From: Toensbergia leucococca
Lineage: Eukaryota
NCBI GenBank assembly: GCA_022813965.1
Contig: JALDZS010000168.1
Coordinates: 1-51,122, forward strand
Length of the DNA: 51,122 nucleotides
Reading direction: 5' to 3'
Positions 28,687 to 41,254 of this stretch are shown here, in pieces (position 1 is the stretch's first letter; each line of letters opens with the position of its first letter). Both the position numbers and the translations under genes were made by a program. Below the pieces are notes generated by a model. That model was given only the letters and a program-made list of their open reading frames with translations, did no database searches and was not told the origin of the DNA.

Positions 28687-29633
28687 GGTTGAGGAAGTTG
28701 GGGTAGGGGATTAGGGGGGTTAGGGGGCTGTGTGGGGAGATGGAACGTGGGGGATTGGTGGCGTCTCTCCTTTTTTGGGGGGTAATTGAGGAGGTGGAGA
28801 TGTTTTTTCTTGTGGAGTGTTGAGGCGTGAAATTTATTCAGGTGACTGGTACACCTGGTGGTTTACTGATTCGTTGGGTTTTGGCTTCTCCGAATGCCAC
28901 CTGGTTCGTGTCAATGATGGCTTGATTCAACTTCCTTTAAACCCCCCTCCCCCCCGGCAATCATCCATGCGTCGTTGTTCCTCCATCGACTTCTAGAAAA
29001 TCCACCCTCCCAAACTTTGGGGACTTTTGGTGTGCATTCCTTTCTTTTGAAGAGGGGGTTAGGGAGATGATGACTTAGACATAGACTTTTTGCTTGGCTG
29101 TTTTATTGTTGATTGTGTTGATCTCCATCCCCCCTCCCTCTCCGTGCTTTTTCTTTTATTCCTCTGATATCTAGCCTCCGCCTCCGTGGTGGCTCCGGCT
29201 ACCGGATGAGATTGCGAAGGCTTTTGTTGGGTGTTTTGGTTCTTGATTTTTTGCTGGGCTTGACGGGGTGGGGTGGGGGGGGAGGGGGAGGGGATTGAGT
29301 GCGCTTTGGTATTCTCCTTTTTTGGGGGGGGGGGTTCGGTTGCAGCATAGGAAATCATTGCGGTTTCTCCCCGTATTTGTAACTCACGATTTGCATGTCG
29401 TTTAGTAGCACGCGTTACTCCGGGAATCTTCATGATTATTTTTCTACCTCATTCCGGATCCAATTTTTCCGCTTCGTTACCTACCTGCCTGTCTTTATCT
29501 GTGGTAAATCCTTCATCTTCATCACTTATACTGAGTCCTTCACTTCATCGATCACATCAAGTGCAATTTGTTAGTTATCAGTATTTAGGGAGATTCTTCT
29601 GGATATGAATGAGTGGAACAAGCTATTCGGACA

Positions 29634-29722
29634 GAGTGAGATGAGTGAGAGTGAGGCTAAGGGTGAGGCCAGAGGTGAGGGTAAGGGTGAGGTGAACAAG
29701 GTATGAGGGCTAGTGAGGTGAA
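29634..29722. repeat. Imperfect GTGAGG-based minisatellite (roughly 12-bp period)
   Basis: gtgaggctaagg gtgaggccagag gtgagggtaagg gtgaggtgaac read directly from the sequence. Confidence 0.55.
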
Positions 29723-30990
29723 GGAGGATCATGCTATTCAGATGAATGATGAGCTGTTTACAGCGTAGATAACGCTCAAAAGTGCGATTTTTTTGCGCTC
29801 AGGGGTGAGGGGAATTTGAGTCAGGATGTGATACAAAAGCACGCTTTTTCTCCCAAGTAGTTTGACTTCTAGATGACACGCGAACAGAACAAGTAAATGG
29901 CTTGCATGGTGATAGAAAATCAGGTGCTAATATGGTGTGAACTCATCATAATTCCCTATGCGCCCGGGGCTCACAATTGCCTAATCAGATAGTGATAAGG
30001 CGGGGGTTGTCGGATTATCAAAATAGGGATATTTCGACCCTCTTTTTTGTGGTCCGGGCTACTATGCTGAAAGATACTACTGCAAAGTTGAAGTAGGGAC
30101 ATAAGAACGAGTGCTAATCTACTATTTAGTAGAAGGGGGAAAAGGCTGCATTATGTTTTGAGAGATCTTGAGTACAGGGCTTTAAAGTAATGAAAGCACG
30201 TCCGCTTGTGAGGGAGATGGTCGCTGTGAATCATGAAACTTTTTTCGGATAGCAGAGGAAAATGGAGAAAGTAGAAGGAGATTTTTCAGTCGTCCGTAGG
30301 CTTAGAAGAAATAGGTGGAGATGAGTATGACTAAAACTTGAAGCAAGCGGTGCTGCGATAAAAATTCAATGAGTTACACGGAAACCTATGAAGCAGTTGC
30401 AGTGACCCTAATCTGGTGGTATGGGATGCCTGGTTGTTGCTTGTGGCTTTTAGGCAGTTCTTATTGTGGACAATTCTGCTGATTGTTGTTCTTAGTTCCG
30501 TGGAGCTCAGAGGTGGTCAAAGCTCATGAGTGGGGGATAATGGATGAAGGAGAGTGAGGATATTGCATGCTGGGATGTGGAGGCACGGCTATGTCGGTAA
30601 TCTGGGTGCCTCATCACAGGACTAGCTTCGTGATTCTTGCTTACTAGTGCAAAGAGTATGCGGAGGAGTCAAATCGGGGATTCCACCTCTGATTCGCAAT
30701 CTTGGCGAGCACTAGTATTTACACCGATTAATGAGTAGGGAGTCCTAGATAGATCCTTTAGAAATAAGGTGGCTTACTTGGAAAGGAAATTTCACTCCCG
30801 GTCTTCCCAATCAAAGATCTCTAGCTTTGACAACAGTACAGCTAGCCAAGGGGTATCTTAGGGGTGGGGCCTTGGGCTGTTTAGCTCTAGCTCTAGCGCT
30901 GAGCCTGCCGAGCCCGCTGTAAACGTTCATACGAGCACCACTCGCATCTATATTCTCATCAACAAATGGCTGTGGCGGCCAGAAACATAC

Positions 30991-31874
30991 TCACGATGAA
31001 TCAGTCGGTGTCTCATGACTGCATGTTGACGTGGTAGGCGTAGACACAGTTCGACTTATAGGTCTCATGCTTCCTTCAGGCAGGTAAGGATTTGAGGATG
31101 AACCCTGTGGAGGCGGACGCGTAGTGGAATCATATGATTGTGAATGCGTCTGTTGAAGATGATTTTGAGCGTAGGACAGTCCACCAGGTAAGTTCTGGCT
31201 CGCGGGATAGTTCCCGTAGGTAGGGTTTCCGGGCTGATACTGGTCTGGGGGGCGTTGTACTGGCGAAAGCGAGCCGTAAGGTTGCGTGGGGAACGTTGAA
31301 GAAGACTGTGGGAATGGAGCAGCATATGCAGGTGAAGTTGGCCTGGACTGTTGTTGCGGTGAGGGATATCCTACTGGAGGCGGCAAAAAGCCTCCCTGAT
31401 TCTGTTGACCTTGGTAGTCAGGAGTCTGTTGTTGGTGAGCGTAAGGCGGCTGAGAACGCCTGGGGCGGGCGTCCGCTGGAGGAATGCTGTCTCGACGGGG
31501 TCTTTCCCAGCCCCTATTTAGTAGTTGTTCATTGGATTCCTCTGTGCGAGTTGCGACTTGGATTACGTTGGCCACCCTGCGCCACCGAGAGTCCGCCATG
31601 AAATATGACCGTTAGGAAGTCGACAGTTGACGAAGGCGAATATATCTTGTCGATATAAGGCTACCTTGTTCTTCAGCGCAGTACTCGTATAGCCTTGTTG
31701 GAACAACACATCCGATTTGCCCTGAGCAAGGCTGTGAAAATCCGAGCCTGTGCTTGGCGTTTCCTGTCCTTGTATTAAATAGACAAAGCCATTTTGAGGC
31801 AAATCAACGGAATATCTAAGCTTCTCATATATGAAACTCAGGAGGCGCACTCGTGACTTTTCTGCCTTTGACAT
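30991..31874 (-). CDS. Hypothetical Pro/Gln/Ser/Tyr-rich low-complexity protein; 5' structure unresolved
   Basis: ATG-initiated 202-aa ORF 31599-30991 with biased composition (QQQTPDYQGQQNQGGFLPPPVGYPSPQQQ). It is overlapped by an upstream 103-aa ORF in another frame that I could not splice to it cleanly. Confidence 0.45.
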
Positions 31875-32316
31875 AGTCCCAGCCTCGTGGAGTATTGGCT
31901 ATGGATAAGAGTGGTGTCTGAGGCTCTGCGAAGGCAAAGTGGGGTGGAGAAGATAACAGAGCGTATCAAGAATAATGACAACGATAAATGCAGGAAGGTG
32001 TGTTGCACAAGGCTGAGAGCTATCTCTCACAACGGCTTGCCAATGGCCACCTGCATGGGGCTTACGCCTCTAGTAACCTCGACGATTCGATTCGCTGAAT
32101 TCATTGGGTGAGAATGAAACAATTGATATTGCATAAAACGAGTCTTATCAGCTGATGCTTAACGTTCAGCTGTCGTGTATACACGAAGGGCCTTGTGCTG
32201 TAGTGAGGCATACTCCCCCGGCTTATAACTTGTCATATGACTTTCTTCGCCCAGGCAGTCTTTATAGCACGCACTCATATATTCCGTCGGAGCTTTCCAG
32301 TAATTGATGGCCCAAA

Positions 32317-33643
32317 ATGAGTACTCCGATTCCCTTGTTATCTGTGACGCCGTTATCAGGAATTCCAAATGTGACCTGGAATTCGGATCCGGGAGCCGTA
32401 GTAAGCATAGATCCAATACCACAATTGGGACATCACGTCCTTTCTCAGCAATATCCAAATTCGCCTGGCATCACATCGCAAGGTTTATCGTCGCAAGTCC
32501 CTTCGCATTGTCAGAACAGCGGCTTAGGTACGTCCCATGGCCAGCCGAGCATGCCTCAATTTCAGGTTACGGGTAGCCCAGCTGCTCAGACATCTGTGCC
32601 AACCTCTGCGAGGCCGTCAAAAGCCGAGGCCGATAAGGAGCCGTGGAGATAGTAAGGAACATAAAGAAACACCTTCCATGTCCCAATAGTAAAGTACTGA
32701 TATTAGTGCAGCAGGGGTTATCCAGCTACGTGTACTTTCATGGCTTCAGATGATGACTTCTTCGTTCTTCGAAGGTTTGGAAAGCTGGGTGCACGTGTAG
32801 CACTGCTCATGCAAGATCGGGTTGCGTATCTTGAGGAGCAACTGCAGGAAGAAGATCTACTGTGCAGTCAAGCACAAAAAGATGAAGCTGACAGCGGAAC
32901 GTTCCGTTGTGATGCTCGTCCGCGGAGACAAGAGGTACTGGAAGAGATCTCTTGGAGATTAGAACGATATCGTGAGTGGGATTCTATTTGAATCTATGTG
33001 TATCCATGCCCTGCTCATTGATAATAGAAAGATTTATACTTGATCACTCGCAGCTGAAAAGCCGACGCGATGCTACAAGCTTCCAGATAAGAAATATCAG
33101 AGAGTGGTTCAAGAATAACAACAACCCGATCCGTGAGGAGGAGGCAGAGTTTATCGAGAAGGCTGGAGATCTCATACCGGTAGTCCCAAAAGAGAAAACA
33201 CCCTTGAGAAGGTTTATCGATAAATTCGATTGTATCAGGAGTATTAGTTGCTTCCAGCTCGAGCAGAGGGAGGTCTGTACCGTCTTGTCATCCAAAGCAA
33301 CAGACTTTCCAGTACTAACATGGCACCAAAGCTCAATGAAAGCCACTATGATTCCGAAACCACTATATACAATAAAGATGATAGGATTGATAAATTCGTG
33401 ACCTGCACGACAATCATCATTGGCCTGGCAATGCTTATTGGTCCACTTTGGTTACTGCAGCATGTCTCGTTTGGTCCACCTAATCTAAGAGCTCGGCTTG
33501 TGATTATCACTGCGTTTTTGATAGCTTTTACTATTTTGCTGAGTATCGTGACAGTAGCCAAGCCTTTTGAGGTTCTGGCTGCAACGGCAGCTTATGGAGC
33601 AGTTTTGATGGTCTTCATGCAGCTAGGCGGAGGTGTTAACTGA
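32317..33643 (+). CDS. DUF6594-family fungal membrane protein; exons 32317-32651, 32712-32971, 33028-33272, 33332-33643
   Basis: PWRYRGYPATCTFMASDDDFFVLRRFGKLGARVALLMQDRVAYLEEQL, then GDLIPVVPKEKTPLRRF. C-terminal TM helices IIIGLAMLIGPLWLL, LVIITAFLIAF and EVLAATAAYGAVLMVF. Confidence 0.85.
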
Positions 33644-35690
33644 TCCAAATTGATGAACCGTCGAGGTGGACGTTAAACGTACTCATCTAGCTGGATGTTA
33701 AACGCAGTAATTGGACAACCCACACGATTCATTATCAAGCTATTCACGACTCAATTTGACGGTTTTGACATTGCGACGCTTACGGTTTTAACGTTGCAAT
33801 GCTTACGGTTCAATCTTGACGCCTTCAACAACACCTACACAACAACACATAGCAATGGGTCGCCTCTGAGTTGGAGGTCATGAATTTGATTATCACTAGT
33901 CATGAGGTGACTCAAGTACCCTCAGAAAGGGTTGGGTCACAGAGTTTCAAAGACGGCGCCTGGTGAGGCTCCCCCGTCCTTCATGAATCTTTGGTGAAGA
34001 TAATAGGTGTGGTTAGAGGTCTTATTGTAAGATGGGTACGGCATTCTCTTAAGCTCATAGAGCAACTCCGTAGAGTCAGTGATCCAATATACCAAGGATA
34101 TGTCATTTAGCCCCCACAAGATATACTGGAAGCGGGGAAAATATGGAAGTCTATGGCATTCCTTTATCCGATAATACGTGTCAAGAGGAGCGGTTGAAGA
34201 GTATGTTGAGCTGTACTTTCCTGAAGGAAGCGTTCTCTGCCCATTTTCTTCTCGTTTCTCGCACCGCAAGCTGGGCAAAACTGGTGAGGAGCATAATTCC
34301 TATGGTGATCCCAATTCTGAGAACAAATTTGGCCCATGTACTTGAATCTGAGGCAAAAGAAGAGAGTGGAAAAGGATGATAGGATGACGATCTGCGGCGA
34401 AAGGCGCAAGGACGGTGTTGAATGTCGAGTCCATGATAAAGGGAATGAGGCGGTCATGAAAGATGTTGGGAAGACATTTCGGCGTGAGAAGCATGACGAA
34501 GAATTGGTTGGGAGGCTCATATCGAAGACGCAACAGCACATAAAACGCCTGTCATCGCTGTTGTATCTAATGTTTTGGGATCGAATCCGATTAGCTGGCG
34601 CTGGAAGAAGTCCCATTTGGAGCGTCTCCATCGGGTTCATAGAACACAGCAGCGTTATTGTTACAGAAGTGAAGTGTTTTAGGTATTGAGCGACAGAAGC
34701 CAGGATGACGGGGCGAAAACATGCCGATACTTTCCAGGCTCAGGAAGAGAACTAGGATAAGCTCCAGGACACGCTGTTCGTATCGACTTGTATGTCCTTG
34801 AAATAGTGGAACTCTTCGATTGCACAACTCAAATGTTCCAGTCCAACTTGAAAGCAAAAAACAAACGTGCACTGATGAGACGAAATTGCAGTATGTCCTT
34901 TACCGTCAGATAATCTAATGGTGACAACCAGGGAACGGACCGGTGAAGTACCATTGCGACAAGGAGAGTAATTGGCATCACAAAGACATCGAGACCTCGA
35001 GTTACATCTTTAGCTCAGAAATTACCGGAAGAGATACCTTGAAATCATGCACCTACAGGAGTCGGAATATTGCTTTGAGGAACAAATCCTTAGCGTGAGA
35101 CTGGCTCGCTACCATGCTTCGATGATTGAGTTTTCAATTTTAATAGAAACTGCAAACTTTGGCACACTAAGACCCAGGCTTAGCATCAGCTCTCAAAGCC
35201 TGAACGTCGGTAGTAATGGAATAGTGAACACCAGGAGCGTTCCTATTTTTTCAAAAATTCAATTGGATTCTTCGTAGTGGACGAATCACTGAGAACATTG
35301 GCGTCGCTGTATTCAATCCTTCTGCATATATTGAAGTCCACCCTTAAACACGTAGGGATCATAGATCTGAACAGGCAGTTGACACTCTTGATAGGGCTTA
35401 TGTGGAGAAAGCCAACTTGAAACATAGAGATGATAACACTTTGTGCTTGTATAGAGTACTGTTGAGTCGGTGATGGAGCTGATGATGAGTTAAGGTGGGT
35501 AGAAGAGTTTGACAAGATAGATACAAGTACTCGTATTGGCCAAGAGTTAAAGTGGTAGAACTAGCATCTATCACGTGCTCTGGTGTTGAATGGTGGACTT
35601 TAGGCGTCAAAGAAGTCGCGACATTTGTTCGATATCCTTTGATATCAACTATGATAACGTCTGATAATGTCTGATAGTCGATAGAACAAA

Positions 35691-38600
35691 ATGGCCAGCC
35701 AGATGGACAGTCTTGATATTTCACGTCTGAAACAAATTGTTTTGACTAGCAGCGACGTAAGTGATGATTTTATCCCCTGTCTGATCGGCTATGCACACAA
35801 ACTGACGCAATCTTCCCTGCTGAAGTCCCAGACCCTTGATCTGATCTCGACACGCCGAGAATCCTCACGCGGCACGAACAGCAAGACAGATGGACGTGTC
35901 GAAGCAAAGACCAGAGGCGCCGGCTCAGCCTCACGCCCACATGATGCACCACCTGGCAGCCCAACTAAGAGTGATCCGAATATCAAACCCGCGATCCCCT
36001 TAGATCTAGCCACAAATACCTTCCAACCTCGACGTCTTTGTCCTTCCGCCTCGCAGCCTGACCTCTCAGGCACTATTCCTGATTCATCAAAGAGTAAAAT
36101 GACTACCGTGTACAGCCAGTCGCAGGGCGATACCCAACCATTATCGCAATCGGCTTATAAAGAATTTTCGAACTCGAGGAACCTAAATGAAGATATAAGA
36201 GAGACCTCCGCATCTAACGGTGGCGCTGTCTCCACAAATGGAGGGGCGCCGTTTTTCTACAGCCAGGGCCAGACAGGCCACATCGATATCCTGGGCGTAT
36301 TTGAGCAGCCGTCGATAATGGATCCAGAGAACGATTTGGAAGGTCATGATAGGGATGATGATGGACTCACTTCTCAAGTCGATGTTGCAGCTGAACCATA
36401 CCCCGAGTCGAGGCGCTTTCAGCAGCCAAAGACTCCAGCCACAGGTAACAAGAAGCGAAATCATCAAGGCGAGATGATCCAAGAAGTCAACACCACTCCG
36501 AGATTACCTACGAATCCTTTTACTGGTCGCAGTGCCGGAATGGAGGGTATAATGAACCTCAGCCAAGTCTTTAGAACCACCCAGGCTCCATCGTCCCCAT
36601 TTCCCGATGTGCTGCCTTCGGACGGTATCTCTGAGAGGCCTTCGCCTGCTATGTCAAAATATCCAGCAGTAGGCACGACGTCATCGCCTTCCAAATTCCA
36701 AACATCACCAATAGTGCGCACAGTCACAGAGCCACAAGCGATATACATTTCAATGAAGGAATCTCAGGAGCAAAGAGAGAGGCTGATTCGTGAGAAAAGA
36801 GCCAGAAGCCTTGAAAACGATGCCTATGGACAGGAACCGTCCGACGACGATTTTGATTTCGAAGATGTCCAGCTTCGTAGACGCCTACGCAAGAAAAGGA
36901 TTGATGCGGAGGCTGAAAGTGAATTATCAGAAGTCTCAGCACCCTCAAGGCCAGGTTCGAGAGGGCGTGTTAAAGGGCCAAACCTACCACCGTTAGGCAA
37001 AATCAGACGTGAGGTATCGAATTGGAAACCTATAGGTAAAGCAAATCTTGAACCATCAGGCAGTAAGCCTAACGACGCAGTCGTAATATCAGATGACCCG
37101 CCTATGGAAGAAGCTCAGGATAACACCACCGAAGATGAGACTGACCGCGAGGTTGAAGACGAAGGAGTGAAAGAAAAGCTGCTACATGAGCCGTCGGATG
37201 AAAATAAGGAGAACTTGAATTCTGTTGGCGTGCAAGTGCCAATGACGAATGTAAAGACTGTTGCTACAGCAGCACGAGCCGTTTCATCACCTGCGAGTCC
37301 TACACGCCAGCATTCACGACGGCCTTCAACGACAGGTAGCCAGAAGAGTATTCAATTTGATCACACAGAAGCTAGTCCTCAAAGCACTATCTCCTCCGGG
37401 AAAGTAAATGCGGTCCTACGTGGAACACCAATGTCCGCGATTGCAGACTCACAGCCATCTGAACGTCATGTCAAATTTGTGCAGAATCAAATGCACATGA
37501 TAGAGCAAAGTCTGTCCTCACCAGACTCCCGAATTATCATTCCACAGTCTCAACTTTACCAACCTCTCAACGAGCTTCAGCATAGAACCAATGGAATGCC
37601 GGGTGGACCACGGAATTTTCAATCCTCTCCATCTCTCGCACCACCGGCCTCATCGAATCATGATCAGGGTAGCTCGCCTTCAAATCGAAACGACCTGCTG
37701 TCTCCACTCAAAAGAACCCGGGACGCCGAATCGATGTATGGGAGTACTCACAAGCCAAAATCCGGTCGAACATCCCTGAATCATTCTGATATGACCCCTC
37801 TACAAGTAGAAGCCAAGAAGCACCATGAAAATAGCAGTAAGGAGTTGAGATTACCTTACGACGATACCGATAAAGATATTGATGAAGGTCTGCCACGGAC
37901 AAGAAAGGTTGCTGTGGAATCTTTATCGCTAGGGTCTGGAAGAGATGCTGATCTTGACCGTGCTTTATCAAAATCTCAAGAAAATGCCACAGGCTCGGCA
38001 CTCTGTTCAGGGTTCGCCGCGACCATAGCACGTAGTACAATCCCCGAGACTAGTCCCCTGGTTGACGAAAGAGATAAGTTTACGCCCATCGTATCGTTCT
38101 CGGATCCTGGACTGTCCAATTCCAAGCCATTGCCTCCAGCTTCACTTCAGCAATCAAATGGCTCTACACCTTTCGAAACGGCTAAGACTCATCAAGATGC
38201 TTCCCCCAAAGGACGAAACGCTTCAGCTCCCCAACAAAGTTCCCCACAGAATAACATATCTCCAATCTCTAGACAGAAGCGTCCGAGGACATTCACTGAG
38301 ATTATAGCGCAACCTTCGCCACTTGGTATAGCCGAAGATGTTGACATAGACATAGATATCTTAAGTAAAGAGGACATCGAAATTCAGGCTGCTATCGACG
38401 GATCTAGCCCCATCGGACCATCAAGAAAGCGGCGGCGAGGCCGCGGTGGGCGAATTTTGCTTCATTTAGAACCGAAGCCAAACGAACTGCCTTCCGCACC
38501 GCTGCAACTGACACAAGAGCGGGAGAGGAGCGATAGACAAGCATTGGAAGTAGTGAAAGAAACTATTCCCCACCCGTACTCGTCTAGGCCTAGGAGAAGT

Positions 38601-40334
38601 GATAATCCTGGGTTTGGTTCAAAGGGATCCATATCGAGCGAGATAGGAATCCATTCATCCCATGTTGCGAATAATAAATCAAGCGCTAGAAACAAACACT
38701 TACAGGTAGCGGATATCTCGAAGAGATCAATTTTTAACACATTAGGAAAAGGGTTCAATCAGTCCGATATGCCTGGGGCGGGCCAAGAAATCACTTCCAC
38801 CACACTTAACCAGACCGCCCCAACTGGACAGATCGGACATGAAGATCCTACCATTGTGGCACCAAACCGTGTCTTTGCACATTTCAACGGCAACTATGCC
38901 GGCTACTATCCCGCAACTTGTATAGGAGTCATTGGTGATGAAGAACCTCGTTATAGGGTTCGATTCGATGACGGCAGCACAGATATCATAAATGGCTACA
39001 ATATCAAGAGTCTAGACCTACGCGTAGGAGATACTGTCAAGTTAAACCTCCCTGGCACAAGATCCAAGAAGTATGTTGTGGAAGGAATGCAGGATAAGCA
39101 ACGATTTACCCACGGCCTGGATCTCGAGACCCCAACTCGAAAGGGGCTCTCGAAATATAGTACAGCTTCTCTGTCCTCCAAGACTGACATAAGGGGATTT
39201 GCCAGTGTGGCGCTATCTCCGAAACAGCCAACTTCAAACGGTTGTGCTGAAGCTCTTGACTGCCGGATCATTGTACCTCTGAAAGACATTTATTTCACTC
39301 AGACTATGTGGACCAACTTCAAGGACCGAGGTTTCACCTACAGCTCTGACCCATCTTTACCTGCTTCAGATTTACAAACGCCTTCTGAACGCCCATCAAT
39401 CTCTTCGACGCCTTCTTCTCGCAGTCGCTGTAAGAGGATATTGGGTCTTGTCGGATCTCGAACCATCAGCTCAGCCGCTCGCAGTGGCGTGAGGATCTTT
39501 GATAACATGATTTTTGTTGTAACAAAGATCCCTAATACGAAGGACCGTGAACAAGTTGCACAAGATATCGAGTCCAATGGTGGAAACCTGCTATCTTCCG
39601 GATTCGGTGAACTCTTCCATATACCGAGTGTCGACATTGGCTCTCCTTCAAAACGAAGCCCGCAGAAAGATACTGGCTCTTTCCGTTTACAGCAAGCCGC
39701 TGAGCACCGGGGATTTACGTGTTTGATTGCTGATAAACATTGTCGAAATGAAAAATTCATTCAGGCATTGGCCCTTGGAATACCATGTCTTGCTACAAGA
39801 TGGGTTCGAGATTGTGTTTCTCGACGAACAGTCTTGCCTTGGGAGCCATATCTGCTTCCGTCAGGCGAATCAGCTTTTCTTGGTGGCGCTGTACGTTCGC
39901 GACTACTGCAGCCGTTTCAAGCAGAGACTGCTCGATTGGCTGCAATCATAGAAGACAGACCCAAGCTCCTCCAAGAAAAATCAGTGCTGCTAATGATGAG
40001 CAAAGACGAAGAGGAGAACATGAAAACTCGCCTTTTGATCACTCATGCTTTGGGCGCAAGGAGAGTTTCTAGAGCCTTAAATCTCAAAGCAGCAGCACGT
40101 GCTGTTAAAGAGGCTCAAGCTAACGAGGAACCATGGGATTGGGTGTACAGCCATGCGAATGACCAGGAGGTGGAGGAACATCTTTTTGGCGGAGGCCATG
40201 CAGGTAGGAAGCGGAAGAGAGGTAGAGCAAGTGACGGGTCGGAGACGGCGATTATAGACGGAAGAACGAAAGTTATCGGCAATGAGTTTGTGGTCCAAAG
40301 TTTGATCTTGGGGCAATTGTTGGATATTGACTAG
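35691..40334 (+). CDS. RAD9: DNA-damage checkpoint mediator Rad9/Crb2/53BP1-like (SQ/TQ cluster, Tudor, tandem BRCT); probable intron 35757-35825
   Basis: N-terminal SQ/TQ sites (YSQSQGDTQPLSQ). Tudor: PNRVFAHFNGNYAGYYPATC..YRVRFDDG. BRCT: IFDNMIFVVT..IESNGG..LIADKHCRNEKFIQALALGIPCLATRWVRDC, YLLPSGESAFLGGAVRSR and C-terminal NEFVVQSLILG. Confidence 0.9.
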   Translation: MASQMDSLDISRLKQIVLTSSDVSDDFIPCLIGYAHKLTQSSLLKSQTLDLISTRRESSRGTNSKTDGRVEAKTRGAGSASRPHDAPPGSPTKSDPNIKPAIPLDLATNTFQPRRLCPSASQPDLSGTIPDSSKSKMTTVYSQSQGDTQPLSQSAYKEFSNSRNLNEDIRETSASNGGAVSTNGGAPFFYSQGQTGHIDILGVFEQPSIMDPENDLEGHDRDDDGLTSQVDVAAEPYPESRRFQQPKTPATGNKKRNHQGEMIQEVNTTPRLPTNPFTGRSAGMEGIMNLSQVFRTTQAPSSPFPDVLPSDGISERPSPAMSKYPAVGTTSSPSKFQTSPIVRTVTEPQAIYISMKESQEQRERLIREKRARSLENDAYGQEPSDDDFDFEDVQLRRRLRKKRIDAEAESELSEVSAPSRPGSRGRVKGPNLPPLGKIRREVSNWKPIGKANLEPSGSKPNDAVVISDDPPMEEAQDNTTEDETDREVEDEGVKEKLLHEPSDENKENLNSVGVQVPMTNVKTVATAARAVSSPASPTRQHSRRPSTTGSQKSIQFDHTEASPQSTISSGKVNAVLRGTPMSAIADSQPSERHVKFVQNQMHMIEQSLSSPDSRIIIPQSQLYQPLNELQHRTNGMPGGPRNFQSSPSLAPPASSNHDQGSSPSNRNDLLSPLKRTRDAESMYGSTHKPKSGRTSLNHSDMTPLQVEAKKHHENSSKELRLPYDDTDKDIDEGLPRTRKVAVESLSLGSGRDADLDRALSKSQENATGSALCSGFAATIARSTIPETSPLVDERDKFTPIVSFSDPGLSNSKPLPPASLQQSNGSTPFETAKTHQDASPKGRNASAPQQSSPQNNISPISRQKRPRTFTEIIAQPSPLGIAEDVDIDIDILSKEDIEIQAAIDGSSPIGPSRKRRRGRGGRILLHLEPKPNELPSAPLQLTQERERSDRQALEVVKETIPHPYSSRPRRSDNPGFGSKGSISSEIGIHSSHVANNKSSARNKHLQVADISKRSIFNTLGKGFNQSDMPGAGQEITSTTLNQTAPTGQIGHEDPTIVAPNRVFAHFNGNYAGYYPATCIGVIGDEEPRYRVRFDDGSTDIINGYNIKSLDLRVGDTVKLNLPGTRSKKYVVEGMQDKQRFTHGLDLETPTRKGLSKYSTASLSSKTDIRGFASVALSPKQPTSNGCAEALDCRIIVPLKDIYFTQTMWTNFKDRGFTYSSDPSLPASDLQTPSERPSISSTPSSRSRCKRILGLVGSRTISSAARSGVRIFDNMIFVVTKIPNTKDREQVAQDIESNGGNLLSSGFGELFHIPSVDIGSPSKRSPQKDTGSFRLQQAAEHRGFTCLIADKHCRNEKFIQALALGIPCLATRWVRDCVSRRTVLPWEPYLLPSGESAFLGGAVRSRLLQPFQAETARLAAIIEDRPKLLQEKSVLLMMSKDEEENMKTRLLITHALGARRVSRALNLKAAARAVKEAQANEEPWDWVYSHANDQEVEEHLFGGGHAGRKRKRGRASDGSETAIIDGRTKVIGNEFVVQSLILGQLLDID

Positions 40335-40537
40335 ATGCTGCCTTTGTATACTTGCCTCTGTAACTAGGATATTAGACAGACAACCACCTGCGACGACCTG
40401 AATAATACATGCTCCATTCGATGTTAATGCCCGAAGAATCCACTCCATTGGAGATGACAATTTGATGAATGAACATGCTTCGCAGATGCTGTCGGCTTGC
40501 CATGTTCCCATAATGATACACCAGTCTGAAATTGCCA

Positions 40538-41254
40538 CTACCTTCTTCTCATCCCCCGCTTCTCCGCATTGCTCGCCTTCCTGGCAACCGTCTTCCTCCA
40601 CGCCAAGAAGCGGTCCCGTGGTTTGTAGACGCTAACCCGCACCTTTGCCTTCTCCGCCGCCCTCCCAATACTCCAGTTGGTTTCCCGATACATATACCCC
40701 TTTCCCACCGCCAACTTCCTCTCCGTCCTCGGCACCACCTGCGGCGCCAACTTCTGCACCGCCTTCAACACCGCACCTCCCTCCTCCACAATCCCACCCT
40801 CCTCTGCCCCTCCCTCCTCCCCCTCCACAACCTCAACCCCCAACCTCCTCCTCCTCGCCGCCCCCCTCGGCCTCGGCAACGTCTGCCCCCGCTCAAAAAC
40901 AACCCCAATAAACTTCCTCTCCGGATGCCTCTCCGGATCCTTGTAATACGTCACGTAGCCCCTCTCCCGCGAGAAAATCGTGTGGTCGCGACCCATGCCA
41001 CAGTTTTCGCCGGCGAACCAATGCGTGCCGCGTTGGCGGAAGATGATGTTGCCCGGCACGACTAGTTCCGAGGCTGATTTTTTGGCCCCGAGACGTTTTC
41101 CTGGGCCTTGGGCGGCTTTGTTGGCGCGGCCTTGGGAAGCGTGGGAGGCGGGGCGGGTGTGGAGGATGGGGAGGAGGGGGAGATAGGGTTGTGGGGGTGA
41201 GTGGGAGAGGAGGGAGGAGAGGGGTGGGTGGGGGAGAAGGCGTGAGAGGTTCAT
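40538..41254 (-). CDS. MRP7: Mitochondrial ribosomal protein bL27m
   Basis: Presequence-like N-terminus, then ASHASQGRAN..GPGKRLGAKK..VVPGNIIFRQRGTHWFAGENCGMGRDHTIF..GYVTYYKDP and YMYRETNWSIGR. Confidence 0.95.
   Translation of the reverse strand: MNLSRLLPHPPLSSLLSHSPPQPYLPLLPILHTRPASHASQGRANKAAQGPGKRLGAKKSASELVVPGNIIFRQRGTHWFAGENCGMGRDHTIFSRERGYVTYYKDPERHPERKFIGVVFERGQTLPRPRGAARRRRLGVEVVEGEEGGAEEGGIVEEGGAVLKAVQKLAPQVVPRTERKLAVGKGYMYRETNWSIGRAAEKAKVRVSVYKPRDRFLAWRKTVARKASNAEKRGMRRR

Noticed and set aside
28709..28730. TTAGGG-like units (ttaggggggttaggggg)
   Set aside because: Only two imperfect copies inside a G-rich skew arm; not a telomeric array.
29746..29830. ATGATGA, small hairpins and an ATTTTTTTG Sm-like motif
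   Set aside because: No D box and no recognisable U snRNA core sequence; expected by chance in T-rich DNA.
33700..35600. Several short ORFs between DUF6594 and RAD9, one minus-strand frame with a TM-like stretch (WAKFVLRIGITIGIMLLTSFAQLAV)
   Set aside because: May be a decayed gene, but I could not recognise a family or assemble a frame, so it is not reported as a feature.
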